The notes under the pieces were generated by a model that was not told where the DNA came from, ran no database searches, and saw only the letters and a program-made list of their open reading frames with translations. A DNA stretch of 26,871 bases from Chlamydiota bacterium (GTDB taxonomy: Bacteria; Auribacterota; Tritonobacteria; UBA1439). The translations under genes were made by a program, and so were the position numbers. Positions within the stretch are counted from its first letter, which is position 1. Each line of letters starts with the position of its first letter. The stretch spans positions 1-26,871 of the forward strand of contig JBAXOY010000034.1 in NCBI GenBank assembly GCA_037133055.1. Direction: 5' to 3'. Positions 1 to 8,960 of this stretch are shown here, piece after piece.

Positions 1-1
1 C

Positions 2-466
2 GCGAAAGCGGTCTATTTCGTCACGGGGTGAAGTCGACACGCGCGAGCGGCGATGATCCGGGATATCGGCCTCCTGGACGAATCGTATGTGCTCTACTTC
101 GACGACATCGACTCGCGCGTCAAGGCGCGGGAGGAGGGCTGGGCGGTGAAGTACGTGCCGGAGTCAGTGCTGTATCACCAGGCCTCGCGCACGACGAACC
201 AGACGAAAAGCCCGCGCTACTATTACTACTATTCGAGGAACTACCTGCTCTTCTTCGGCAAGCATTTTCCCTCCCGGTTGCCCGCTGCCCTCGGCCGCTG
301 GTGGCGGGATTATGCCTGGCGGTTTGCGCGGGAGGGGAACATCGCGTACATGGCCGCGAGCGTTGCGGGGATGCTGGCGATGTGGACCGCCGCGGCGCGC
401 GGGGCGCTCAGGACGCAGGGGGGGGAACGGGTGGAGCGGGGGGAACGGCATCCCCGATCGGATTGA
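2..466 (+). CDS. 3' part of a GT2 glycosyltransferase (WbbL/rhamnosyltransferase-like C-terminal half), cut by the window edge, with an in-frame TGA at 29-31
   Basis: Frame 2 reads AKAVYFVTG*SRHARAAMIRDIGLLDESYVLYFDDIDSRVKAREEGWAVKYVPESVLYHQ...YYYSRNYLLF, matching the GT2 pattern vtGc...iGllDe.yflY.ED.D...ra...G..v.y.p...vyH. Confidence 0.75.
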
Positions 467-491
467 GGGGCACGCGGCATTCCAGGAGGCC

Positions 492-2432
492 ATGATGAAG
501 ATGATGCGTGCGGGCGCGCGGTGGCGCATCCGGGCGACGCGGGTCGCGCTCTCGGCGGGCATTGCGTCGCTTTGCATCGCCGCGGGAGTCAGACTCTTCT
601 TCCCCATTCGTTTCCTGTCGGAGGAGGCGGAAGGCGGTGGTGCGCCGGGGCAGAACAAGGCCTTCGGCACCTATTGTGATTCATCCCTCGTGTTGCACAC
701 CCGCACCGACCTGTCTCCGGGGGCGCCGATCCATTTCCGGATAGAGAACCGTTCGCCGCTCCTTGCCCTGTCATGCCTCGAGTTCGGTCTCGCGACGCCC
801 GGCGGCGGGCAGAAGACCGTTCTCGCGCTCCAATGCCGGCCACAAACAGGCGACGGGAGGGAACGCATCCTTCGGGTGTCCGCATCCGGCGATTCCAAGC
901 CGGTCCATGCCGCCCTCTGGCCCCTTCCCCGCTCCTCCCGCCTGTCGCTCTCCTGCGCCGGGGGGCCGGCGGTTATCCATGACCTGCGCGTGGTGCCCCT
1001 CCCATTGCCCCCGCTGCTGTACGGGGCCGTGTTTCTCATCGCGGCAGCGGTGCTGCGGCGAGGGGCCGGTGAAGCGCCCTCCATGCAGCCCCGGTCAAGG
1101 CGATGTGTATTTGCGCTCATTCTCGTGGGTCTCATGACGGCGTGTGTCGCGGGTTCCCTCGAGATCTTTTTGAGGCTGTTTCCAACATATCGCCCCGCCA
1201 AACTGAGCGCCGTAATCCGGAGTTATCCTCTCCAGGCGAGGCGCTTTCTCTACACCGGTTTCATGCCGGATGACGCACTGGCGTTTAAGAGGCGGCCGCA
1301 TTTCAGGGCGCGATACCGCTATGAGGAGGGCAATCTGTTCGAGATGAAGGAGACGGCGCTCCGCAGCAACATGCCGATTGAAGTGGACGGCCGGTATGAC
1401 GCGGACGGATTCCCGAACAGGAAGGAACGAAAGGATGCCGAGATAGTTTTTCTCGGGGACTCCATTCTGGATGACTACAGGCCCACTCCCAACATCTGCG
1501 AGCTGTTTGAGAAATTGTCCGGGATGACCGTGGCGAATCTCGCGCATTCCTGCACGGGGACGCTGCAGCAGCGCCTGATATTCGAGCGGTATGCGCTGAA
1601 AAAACATCCCCGACGGGTGGTGCTGGCGTTCTTCGAAGGGAATGATTATCCCGAGAACGAGTATTTCATCAAATATCTGCAGAAGCCGGAATCGAAGTAT
1701 TCACTCTATTCGGAAAACTTTTTCAGCCCGGCCCCTATCGCGCTTACATACCGTCCCATCCAGAAATCGTATCTATTCCTGCTTCTCGAGGGGATGGCGC
1801 CGATCCTTCAAAATATGGATGCCTATACGCAAGTTCTTCCGGGGCGCCCGCCGTCGAGGCCGGAGATTGAATCCCCCGCGGTGAAGCCCGGGGATGCGTG
1901 CAGCCTTTTCGGCGCGACGAATGATGTGCCGTTCATTGTGCAGGGCCGTACGGTCCGGATGGCCTTCTTGCCGTCCTACGCGAAGAGACTCGCGGATCCG
2001 CCCGCGGGGGTGAGTAAAATGGAGGGATGGGGGATCGCGACCAGGGAGACCGAGACCATCCATACGCAATGCAGAGAAAATGGGATACGGTTTTCAGTCT
2101 GTTTCATCCCCGAGAAAGCGAACGTGTATTTCCCCTCCATATACCGCTCGCTCGGTGAGGCATGTTTCGACCGGTACCTTGCCGCCCTTCTCCACGTCGA
2201 CGGCGCGGCGTTCAGAAAGTCGCTCCTGTCGTACCACAACACCCAGCGTGACCTGCTGAGGGATTTTTGTTCCCTGCACGACATTCCGTTCCTGGATCTG
2301 TCAGACGCACTTGCGCGGAGAAGCACGTTCCTCCCCCTTCTGTATTATGCGAACGATACACACCTCAGCCCGGAGGGGCATCGGGTGGTGGGGGAGGCAC
2401 TCTGGGAGTGGATAAAGGGACTGCCGAAGTAG
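492..2432 (+). CDS. Membrane-anchored SGNH/GDSL hydrolase-like protein (AlgJ/AlgX-type, probable polysaccharide O-acetyltransferase or esterase)
   Basis: Motifs IVFLGDSI, FFEGNDY and NDTHLSPEGH (DxH); hydrophobic segments in the N-terminal third; RBS AGGAGG just before ATG 492. The ORF-track start at 312 overlaps the upstream gene and is less likely. Confidence 0.75.
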   Translation: MMKMMRAGARWRIRATRVALSAGIASLCIAAGVRLFFPIRFLSEEAEGGGAPGQNKAFGTYCDSSLVLHTRTDLSPGAPIHFRIENRSPLLALSCLEFGLATPGGGQKTVLALQCRPQTGDGRERILRVSASGDSKPVHAALWPLPRSSRLSLSCAGGPAVIHDLRVVPLPLPPLLYGAVFLIAAAVLRRGAGEAPSMQPRSRRCVFALILVGLMTACVAGSLEIFLRLFPTYRPAKLSAVIRSYPLQARRFLYTGFMPDDALAFKRRPHFRARYRYEEGNLFEMKETALRSNMPIEVDGRYDADGFPNRKERKDAEIVFLGDSILDDYRPTPNICELFEKLSGMTVANLAHSCTGTLQQRLIFERYALKKHPRRVVLAFFEGNDYPENEYFIKYLQKPESKYSLYSENFFSPAPIALTYRPIQKSYLFLLLEGMAPILQNMDAYTQVLPGRPPSRPEIESPAVKPGDACSLFGATNDVPFIVQGRTVRMAFLPSYAKRLADPPAGVSKMEGWGIATRETETIHTQCRENGIRFSVCFIPEKANVYFPSIYRSLGEACFDRYLAALLHVDGAAFRKSLLSYHNTQRDLLRDFCSLHDIPFLDLSDALARRSTFLPLLYYANDTHLSPEGHRVVGEALWEWIKGLPK

Positions 2433-2474
2433 CGGGGGCAACCGGGCCGTCAGGATGGGGGAAATTCGCGGATG

Positions 2475-2494
2475 GACTCCTCCCGGCCGGAGTC
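2475..2494. terminator. Short hairpin between convergent genes
   Basis: GACTCC-tcccggcc-GGAGTC next to the stop of the minus-strand methyltransferase; no clear U-tract. Confidence 0.3.
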
Positions 2495-3280
2495 TTACCT
2501 CGGCGGGCCTTCGGAGGAATACGGATTTGTCCCGGGCAGCGGCGGAAGCGCTTTGATCCATTCGGCTTTTATGCTCACCTCCTGTGCGATCTCCCTCCTC
2601 TCCGCATAGCCGAAAGAACTGTTCCACTGCTGGAGAATAGTATCGGGGTTCGAGGCGTATCGGCATGAGAATCCGCACTGCGCTCCGATCGCGGGAGGGA
2701 GGACCATCGCAAGCCCCAGATCCGCCCGGTCCTGGAATGCGAGGTATCGTGCGCGCTGTTCGGCGCACATGCGCGCCTCCGCACACGAGGCATCTTCGAT
2801 ATCGAAGAGGTACGTGTCTATCGCATGGCATATGAATCCGCCGGGCTTGAGCACGCGTGCGCAGTCCCGGAAGAAATCTTCCAGGCCATCCCAGGGGATA
2901 TGCTCCACGACGGAAATGGAGAATAGAGAATCAAAGTAACCGTCGGGAATGACCCGGTCGAACTCCCCCATATAGCCCCTGACCACCCTGATTCCCTCGT
3001 CGGCGAGGGGCTGAAGAGGCCCGTTGCCCACCCCCTCGTATTTATCAACAAGCCAGCATTCGTTGTTCTTTGCGAGCCTGGGAAGAACGCGCGAAGAACC
3101 GCCGCCGACCTCGATGATTCTATGCCTCTCGGTGCCGCGCATTCTGCTGAGGATATATGCATCCTGGACATCCTTGAGTTCATAGACGGGGCTGATGCCG
3201 GGATGGCGAAGGCCTTCGGGAGGCACCACCCCTTCTTCGCACCATCTCCAATATTCGCTTTTAGTGATAATGTCGAACAT
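2495..3280 (-). CDS. Class I SAM-dependent methyltransferase
   Basis: IIEVGGGSS (motif I), LVDKY, YFDSLFSISVVEH, ARVLKPGG; GGAG upstream of ATG 3280. Confidence 0.85.
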   Translation of the reverse strand: MFDIITKSEYWRWCEEGVVPPEGLRHPGISPVYELKDVQDAYILSRMRGTERHRIIEVGGGSSRVLPRLAKNNECWLVDKYEGVGNGPLQPLADEGIRVVRGYMGEFDRVIPDGYFDSLFSISVVEHIPWDGLEDFFRDCARVLKPGGFICHAIDTYLFDIEDASCAEARMCAEQRARYLAFQDRADLGLAMVLPPAIGAQCGFSCRYASNPDTILQQWNSSFGYAERREIAQEVSIKAEWIKALPPLPGTNPYSSEGPPR

Positions 3281-3305
3281 GGGCAACTCCGTGTGACCCG
3301 CCCCG

Positions 3306-4514
3306 TCATCCTTTTCCGCCCCGCAATGCCTTGAGGGCGTTGTAGATGCGATAGGGAAGTGATTTCTTCACCTTCTCCGCGAATACGCGGTGGAGCTCCA
3401 GTTCGCGCGCGAGCGACCTGTTCTTCTCCTCGATCGCGTCCGCCCGCTCCCGCGAGAGATGGAGCTCCTCCACCAGCCTGTCGCGCTTCTCCGCCAGCCT
3501 GTTGCGCTCCTCCGCCACACTGTCGCGCTCCCTCCAGAGCCTCATCACGTGCTCCGTCTCGTGCCGGAGGTGGCGGAGGAGCCGCGCGCTGATGCGGCCG
3601 CTCCACGACTCGAGGGTGTCCTCGAGGGGCACCCTGAAGCCCGCCATGTCGAAGCCCTTTCCATTGAGCTCCGCGAGGCCCGCCTGGACGCCGACCGCGT
3701 AGTAGTATTTCAGCGCGGTGTCGTAGAAATTCTCCCGGATCTCGGGCGACACGGAGTCCTCCATCCTCAGCATGTCGGAACACTCGGGGTGCTTCCGGTA
3801 AAAAACGGCCGCGGCCTTCCCCGCCCGTATCTGGCGGTCGATATACTGCGAGAGCGTGACCGGGTGGTAGTGGAAGGTAACCGCCCTGCGGTCGTACACG
3901 ATCCGCACGCCGGACTTTGCGAGGCGGTAGCCCATCTCCGCGTCCTCCCAGACGGCGTCCGTGAACTCCTCGTCGAAGAGGCCCGCGCGGAGGAGGAGCT
4001 CCTTTCCGACGGAGATGTTGGAGGTGTAGAAAAAGCCGAACGGGACGCTGAGCCTCTCCTGCGCGATGATCGGGAAACTGAACTGGTGGGACCTGCCGAC
4101 GTACTCCATGAACGGAGTCACTTCCAGGTCGGGGTGCCAGGCGATATGGCCGAGGACGGCGACGCGCGGGGACTCCCGGTGGGCCGCGAGATGCTTCTCG
4201 AGAAGCGTTGCGGAGGGAATGCAGTCGTCCCCGGTCAGGAGGATGAGCGGGTATTTCGCCTCCCGGATACCCATGTTCCGCGCCTTCGCGGGGCCGCCCG
4301 GCTCCTGCGAGAGATGTCCGAGATTCCCCATGCCCCCGGCGATAGTATTGAGCAGTTCCCCCGTGCCGTCGGTCGAGCCGTCGTCCACCACGACGACCTC
4401 GAACCGGTCGGGATCGAGGGTCTGGGCGCGGAAGGCCGCGAGACATTTTTCGAGGGTTTCAGCTCTGTTGCGCGTAGGAATTACCACGGTTATGCGGATA
4501 CGGTCATCGACCAT
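3306..4514 (-). CDS. GT2 glycosyltransferase with C-terminal coiled coil
   Basis: ITVVIPTRNR, VVVVDDGSTD, ARNMG, LTGDDC, GLFDEEF...WEDAEMGYRL; E/R/L-rich heptad-like tail; RBS GGAGG before ATG 4514. Confidence 0.9.
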   Translation of the reverse strand: MVDDRIRITVVIPTRNRAETLEKCLAAFRAQTLDPDRFEVVVVDDGSTDGTGELLNTIAGGMGNLGHLSQEPGGPAKARNMGIREAKYPLILLTGDDCIPSATLLEKHLAAHRESPRVAVLGHIAWHPDLEVTPFMEYVGRSHQFSFPIIAQERLSVPFGFFYTSNISVGKELLLRAGLFDEEFTDAVWEDAEMGYRLAKSGVRIVYDRRAVTFHYHPVTLSQYIDRQIRAGKAAAVFYRKHPECSDMLRMEDSVSPEIRENFYDTALKYYYAVGVQAGLAELNGKGFDMAGFRVPLEDTLESWSGRISARLLRHLRHETEHVMRLWRERDSVAEERNRLAEKRDRLVEELHLSRERADAIEEKNRSLARELELHRVFAEKVKKSLPYRIYNALKALRGGKG

Positions 4515-4549
4515 GGAATACCTCCCCGTACGGAATGATGTTGTGCCTG

Positions 4550-5395
4550 CTATAGGGGCGTCCCAAAACATCCCCGATACGCGTGCGGCGAACTTTGGCG
4601 AATCCGGTTGAACTCCTCCACCCCGTGAGGGTTTAACCCGGCGGGTATACCCCCCCGGATGCGGTCGGCGATGCATTGCGTCCGCCATTTCATCCGCATT
4701 CGGCAACGATTGACGGGCGCGGCGCCGCGCTTTCGCAGGATGTATCCGATCGCGGTGAACGGCCGGTTCTCATACGCGCATGACCTGATACGGACGAGAG
4801 TGTCGGGATCTTTCGCAATCTCTCCCCTGGCGACAAAACGAGACCGTGGATCCAACAGCTGCATCCCAGAGTTCAGAATATCCATCCGGTAGTCCCAGTG
4901 CGGAAGTATCTCCCCATCGAGGAGGAAATCCGTTGTGACGATGAGCAGACCCTGAGGGGCAAGCACTCGCCCCATCTCATTGATCGCATCCGACACGGCC
5001 TTCGTGCTCTCCATGTGTTCGAGGACGCTGATGCAGAAGATCCGGTCAAAACCGCAATCCGCCCATGTCATTTTCCGGATATCCTCGAGGCGTAACTCCA
5101 CGTTCACTCCCCACTTGTCGCACAGGCTCCGGTTGAGTCCGAACTGCCGTTCCACTCCGGGGGCCCCCAGGCTATCGACTCCGCACACATGGTTCCCGAT
5201 GGATGCCAAGTAAAACGGAAAATCAGACCCCCCGCAGCCCGCATCGAGGATTCTGAGTCCCCCGGCACTCACGCCGGAGTAGCGGACGCTCCAGGGGTAC
5301 TCCCATCCCCTGGTTCCCGGATTATCCGTCCAGGCGCCGAAGAGTCCCTCTCGTACGAAGGCGGCTACTTCGCTGTTTTTTGCCCAGGCGATCAT
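4550..5395 (-). CDS. Class I SAM-dependent methyltransferase
   Basis: WEYPW, ILDAGCGGS, FDRIFCISVLEH, MGRVLAPQG; ATG overlaps the TGA of the upstream gene (ATGA at 5392-5395). Confidence 0.85.
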   Translation of the reverse strand: MIAWAKNSEVAAFVREGLFGAWTDNPGTRGWEYPWSVRYSGVSAGGLRILDAGCGGSDFPFYLASIGNHVCGVDSLGAPGVERQFGLNRSLCDKWGVNVELRLEDIRKMTWADCGFDRIFCISVLEHMESTKAVSDAINEMGRVLAPQGLLIVTTDFLLDGEILPHWDYRMDILNSGMQLLDPRSRFVARGEIAKDPDTLVRIRSCAYENRPFTAIGYILRKRGAAPVNRCRMRMKWRTQCIADRIRGGIPAGLNPHGVEEFNRIRQSSPHAYRGCFGTPL

Positions 5396-7857
5396 GGTAC
5401 GAGCTTCTCCTCTCGCTGATGTTTTGGACCGGATCGTGCTCCCAGAAGCATCCACAGAAGCAACGCGGCGACGGTCGCACCGGAGCACGCGAGCCCCGCG
5501 ATGAAACTTCGGGGACGATACCGGAATTCGACCTCATGCGCGCCCCCCGGTGCGATGACGCCCCGGAGGATCCCGTTTACCTGAAGAATCTTCGCGTCGA
5601 TCCCGTCAACGCGGGCCTTCCACCCCGGGTAATGGATCTCGGAGAGCACGAGGATGTTCGGGCCGGGAGCGCGGTATGCGACGGTGATTTCATTCGGTAG
5701 TGTGCGGACGCGGTCAACGGTCCCCGCCGACGGGGCGAGGGGGGGAAGCGGATTCTCCATCTGGACGAGCGCCTCCTCCCGGGGGTTGAAGCCGGCCGAG
5801 GGGTCGGTCAGAATTCCACGCGCCTCCGCGTAACTCCGGACCGCGCGCGCCCGCGCGACAAGCCATGCCCGGGGGAGCCAATCGGTATTTTCATATATCG
5901 CCTGTTCATCCCCCTCCCATATCTTGCGGTACGGCGCCCGGTCACCGGGCTCGCGATAACTCTCGATCCGGGAGCCGAGCTCTTCCGCGCAGAGGAGATA
6001 GCGCAGATTCAGCATCGAAAAGAGCGGAATATTGGAAACGAACTGATCCGTGGTGCACCCTACCCAGTCCGAGCCCACGAGCTCCATATAGCGGCTTATC
6101 CCCAGCGGGCCGTATCCCGCGCTGGAGGGTATTCCATAGAACGTATTCATGATTGCCGCCAGGCTGTTGCCGGGGCTGCGAAGGTCGGGCCGGTAGGGGC
6201 AGACGCGAAATTCCCCGGACCGCGCGCCGAGAGATAGAAGCATTTGCACCGGGGGGGGGTAATACCGTGTATCGAAGAGGCGCTCGGTGTGATAATTCAT
6301 CGCCCAGTGCAGGCCCCCGAATGACATGAGGTCGATCCAGTTAAGGGCAAAGAGCAGCATGCATATGGCGCCGGCGCGGTATCCCGATCTCACCAGATGG
6401 AGGAGCATGGCGGCAGCGCCCATGATCAAGAGGGGGAAAAGAAATGCGTTGGATCTCAGGGTAATCCCCTTCAGCATCTGCCCGAAACGGGGTGAGGCGT
6501 AATCGAGGATGGAGCGGAAAGAGGGGATGTTGATGGTGGTGATAAAGGAGGGGAACAGGGCAAGAAAGGCGCTGCTGACGACGAGAATGCACAGAAGTGC
6601 GGTAATCACAAGGCCGGTAGCCCTCCGTACCGCACCCGGAGATATGCCGGTGCACCGTCCGAGGATTGCATCGAGCCCGAAGGCGGCAAGCACCGCGAGC
6701 GCCAGATTGTAGGAAACCCAGTTTCGTGACGGACAGCGGAAAAGGTTGTATAGGGGCACGTAGTACATAAGCCGGTAGAGGGGATTATACTTGCCCAGGA
6801 CGAGTGCGAAAGCCACGACGGCCATGATGGCATGGGTGCGGACGGCGGAGCGGGATTTGCGAAGGACAATCAGCGCAATAGCCGCCAGGGCGACGGGAAT
6901 AATTCCGCAAAAGCCCCCCCCGAGCTCCGGCAGGTTCCATGGCCCCCAGTAGCGGTCTCCGAAAAGAGAAGAGATCTCGGTGCCCAGGGCATTCGGGAAG
7001 AAGAGAAAAAGGATCAGAAACGGATGAAATGAGTAACTCGTAAATTCTTCGTATGAAATATCTTTCCGGGGGGAAAGGCGCATGTACTCGAAAGACGGGA
7101 TGAGAAGCAGGGCTGAAAGAAGGAAGCCGATCAGGAAGATCGCAATGAATGTCCTCATCCGGGCGGCGGCGGGCGCCCTGGGGCCATGCTCATGCGGAGG
7201 AAGCCACGTGAGGACCATGGCGGGGATTGTGGTCAGGACCACGACTTGCAGATGACCGGCGAGCACTTGAAACGCGACTGCGAGCGCTCCGAGGATCAGG
7301 AATCTGCCGGATCGGCGTTGGATGGATTCGTTGATGCAGAGGAGAATCAACGGAGTCCAGACAGCGGCATTCTGCATCGCGGTATGGCCGATGTGACAGA
7401 TCATGAAGCCGGAAAACATATAGACGACAGCCCCCCAAAGCGAGCCTGTCCCCGAGACACCGAGTCTCCGGAGGTACCAGAACATGAAGATGCCTGACAA
7501 ACTGAAATGCAGGAATAGCGTAGTGTTGGCTGCGGACAACGGAGGGAGGACGAGATACATGATGTTGAAGGGATAAAAAGCGCCGCTCTGAGACTCTGCA
7601 GCCAGGGGGGTACCGCATCGGGAGAGGGGGTTCCATAACGGCACTGTCCCTTCCCTCCAGTACTGCGCGGCGAGTCGTCTCACGGCGAGTTCAAAAAAAG
7701 AATCGCCGGGCGCTACCGCGTTCCGGGTGTACGGAAAATCGCGCACAAAAAAAATGGGAGGAAGGATACAGAGGATAAGGATCGCAATAATTAATCTGCC
7801 GCGCGCCGATGGACGGATACCTTGAGCGAAAGAAGCAGATCTCATGGCCGGCATCAA
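5392..7857 (-). CDS. YfhO-like polytopic membrane protein (probable GT-C fold glycosyltransferase)
   Basis: PLWNP...GTPLAAE.QSGAFYP, many hydrophobic helices, FRCPSR, MLNLRY, C-terminal LVLSEIHYPGWKARVDG...GAHEVEFRYRP plus a final TM helix. Exact start codon uncertain. Confidence 0.85.
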   Translation of the reverse strand: MMPAMRSASFAQGIRPSARGRLIIAILILCILPPIFFVRDFPYTRNAVAPGDSFFELAVRRLAAQYWREGTVPLWNPLSRCGTPLAAESQSGAFYPFNIMYLVLPPLSAANTTLFLHFSLSGIFMFWYLRRLGVSGTGSLWGAVVYMFSGFMICHIGHTAMQNAAVWTPLILLCINESIQRRSGRFLILGALAVAFQVLAGHLQVVVLTTIPAMVLTWLPPHEHGPRAPAAARMRTFIAIFLIGFLLSALLLIPSFEYMRLSPRKDISYEEFTSYSFHPFLILFLFFPNALGTEISSLFGDRYWGPWNLPELGGGFCGIIPVALAAIALIVLRKSRSAVRTHAIMAVVAFALVLGKYNPLYRLMYYVPLYNLFRCPSRNWVSYNLALAVLAAFGLDAILGRCTGISPGAVRRATGLVITALLCILVVSSAFLALFPSFITTINIPSFRSILDYASPRFGQMLKGITLRSNAFLFPLLIMGAAAMLLHLVRSGYRAGAICMLLFALNWIDLMSFGGLHWAMNYHTERLFDTRYYPPPVQMLLSLGARSGEFRVCPYRPDLRSPGNSLAAIMNTFYGIPSSAGYGPLGISRYMELVGSDWVGCTTDQFVSNIPLFSMLNLRYLLCAEELGSRIESYREPGDRAPYRKIWEGDEQAIYENTDWLPRAWLVARARAVRSYAEARGILTDPSAGFNPREEALVQMENPLPPLAPSAGTVDRVRTLPNEITVAYRAPGPNILVLSEIHYPGWKARVDGIDAKILQVNGILRGVIAPGGAHEVEFRYRPRSFIAGLACSGATVAALLLWMLLGARSGPKHQREEKLVP

Positions 7858-7905
7858 AGGGTTATAGTAGGCACATCACGACTGAAAAGGGAAGTATAAC
7901 ATACA

Positions 7906-7943
7906 CAGGAATGATATGCAGGAATTGTTACATGCAGGAATTG
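7906..7943. repeat. Short direct repeats in an AT-rich divergent intergenic region
   Basis: ATGCAGGAATTG at 7916-7927 and 7932-7943, plus a third CAGGAAT core at 7906-7912. Confidence 0.6.
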
Positions 7944-8007
7944 CTGCCCCCTGAGACTGACCCCGTACGCGGCAAGGCACTCTGCAAGTGCGAGAAGGGG
8001 AGCGGTT

Positions 8008-8016
8008 TGTTATCAT
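8008..8016 (+). promoter_or_regulatory. Candidate extended -10 promoter element
   Basis: TGtTATCAT about 50 nt upstream of ATG 8067; -35 match is poor. Confidence 0.35.
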
Positions 8017-8066
8017 AGTGAGCAACTGATGCTGCCGTATGCCCATCAACAGGGCGTGACCGGGGA

Positions 8067-8960
8067 ATGGCGCAATTGATAAGCATCGTGGTTCCCGTAT
8101 ATAACGGGGAGCGGATAGTTGCCGGGTGCATCGAATCACTCCTCGCGGTTTCCCATGCCCGGGATGACGTCGAGATCATCGTCGTCGACGATGGTTCGAG
8201 TGATCGGACGCGGGAAGTCGTCGCGCGCTACCCGGTCACCTGCCTTCCCCAGCCGAAAAGAGGGGCAGCGGCCGCCCGAAACCTGGGCATCCGTCGCGCG
8301 CGCGGCGACCGGGTTGCCTTCACCGATGCCGATTGCGTGGTGAGGCCCGACTGGCTCAGGGAGATGGTCAAGGGATTCACCGACGAGACCGTCGCGTGCG
8401 TGGGGGGGGCGATCCTTACCCCTCCCCCCGCCACGGATCTCGAATGGTATGCGCACCGGTTCAATCCCATCTCGCAGGAAAACGCCATCACGGACAGAGT
8501 GGTCCTCTTTCCCCACGTCATCACGGCGAACGCCATGTTTCGGAAGGACATATTCGACAGGGTCGGATATTTTGACGAGCGATTCCCCGCCGCCGGAGGC
8601 GAAGATCTCGATCTTGGCTGGCGAATCCACTGGGCCGGCTTCACGATGCGCTACGTCCCCGCCGCGCAGGTCGAGCACAGGCACAAGTCGCGCCTCCGGC
8701 AGCTGTTCAAACAGCACTACCGCTATGGCTACGCGTGGACGGTGATCGTGCGGAAACACCGGGAGATGTTCAGGAACGCGGGGCCTTCATTCTGGGGGGT
8801 GTACCCCGCGGACATTCGCGCCTTGCGCGCCGCGGTGAGCGGCTGGGCGTGCGCGGCATGGTCGGCGGGCCTGACGCGGGAGACAAAATTCCGCTTTTAC
8901 GGGATCGTCCGCCAGATGGGCGAATATTCCGGTAAATTCGTCGCCGCGGTGACCCGATGA
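8067..8960 (+). CDS. GT2 glycosyltransferase
   Basis: ISIVVPVYN, IIVVDDGSSD, AAARNLG, AFTDADC, VGYFDERF...GEDLDLGWR. Confidence 0.92.
   Translation: MAQLISIVVPVYNGERIVAGCIESLLAVSHARDDVEIIVVDDGSSDRTREVVARYPVTCLPQPKRGAAAARNLGIRRARGDRVAFTDADCVVRPDWLREMVKGFTDETVACVGGAILTPPPATDLEWYAHRFNPISQENAITDRVVLFPHVITANAMFRKDIFDRVGYFDERFPAAGGEDLDLGWRIHWAGFTMRYVPAAQVEHRHKSRLRQLFKQHYRYGYAWTVIVRKHREMFRNAGPSFWGVYPADIRALRAAVSGWACAAWSAGLTRETKFRFYGIVRQMGEYSGKFVAAVTR

Noticed and set aside
4520..4580. Degenerate GTAGGGGCG-type REP (ATAGGGGCGTCCC...CCCCGATAC)
   Set aside because: Pairing is weak and the sequence overlaps a coding 3' end; not supportable without genome-wide copies.
7876..8179. Small ORFs in the divergent intergenic region (7809-8018, 7876-8139, 7928-8179)
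   Set aside because: They overlap neighbouring gene starts and have no RBS or motif support.
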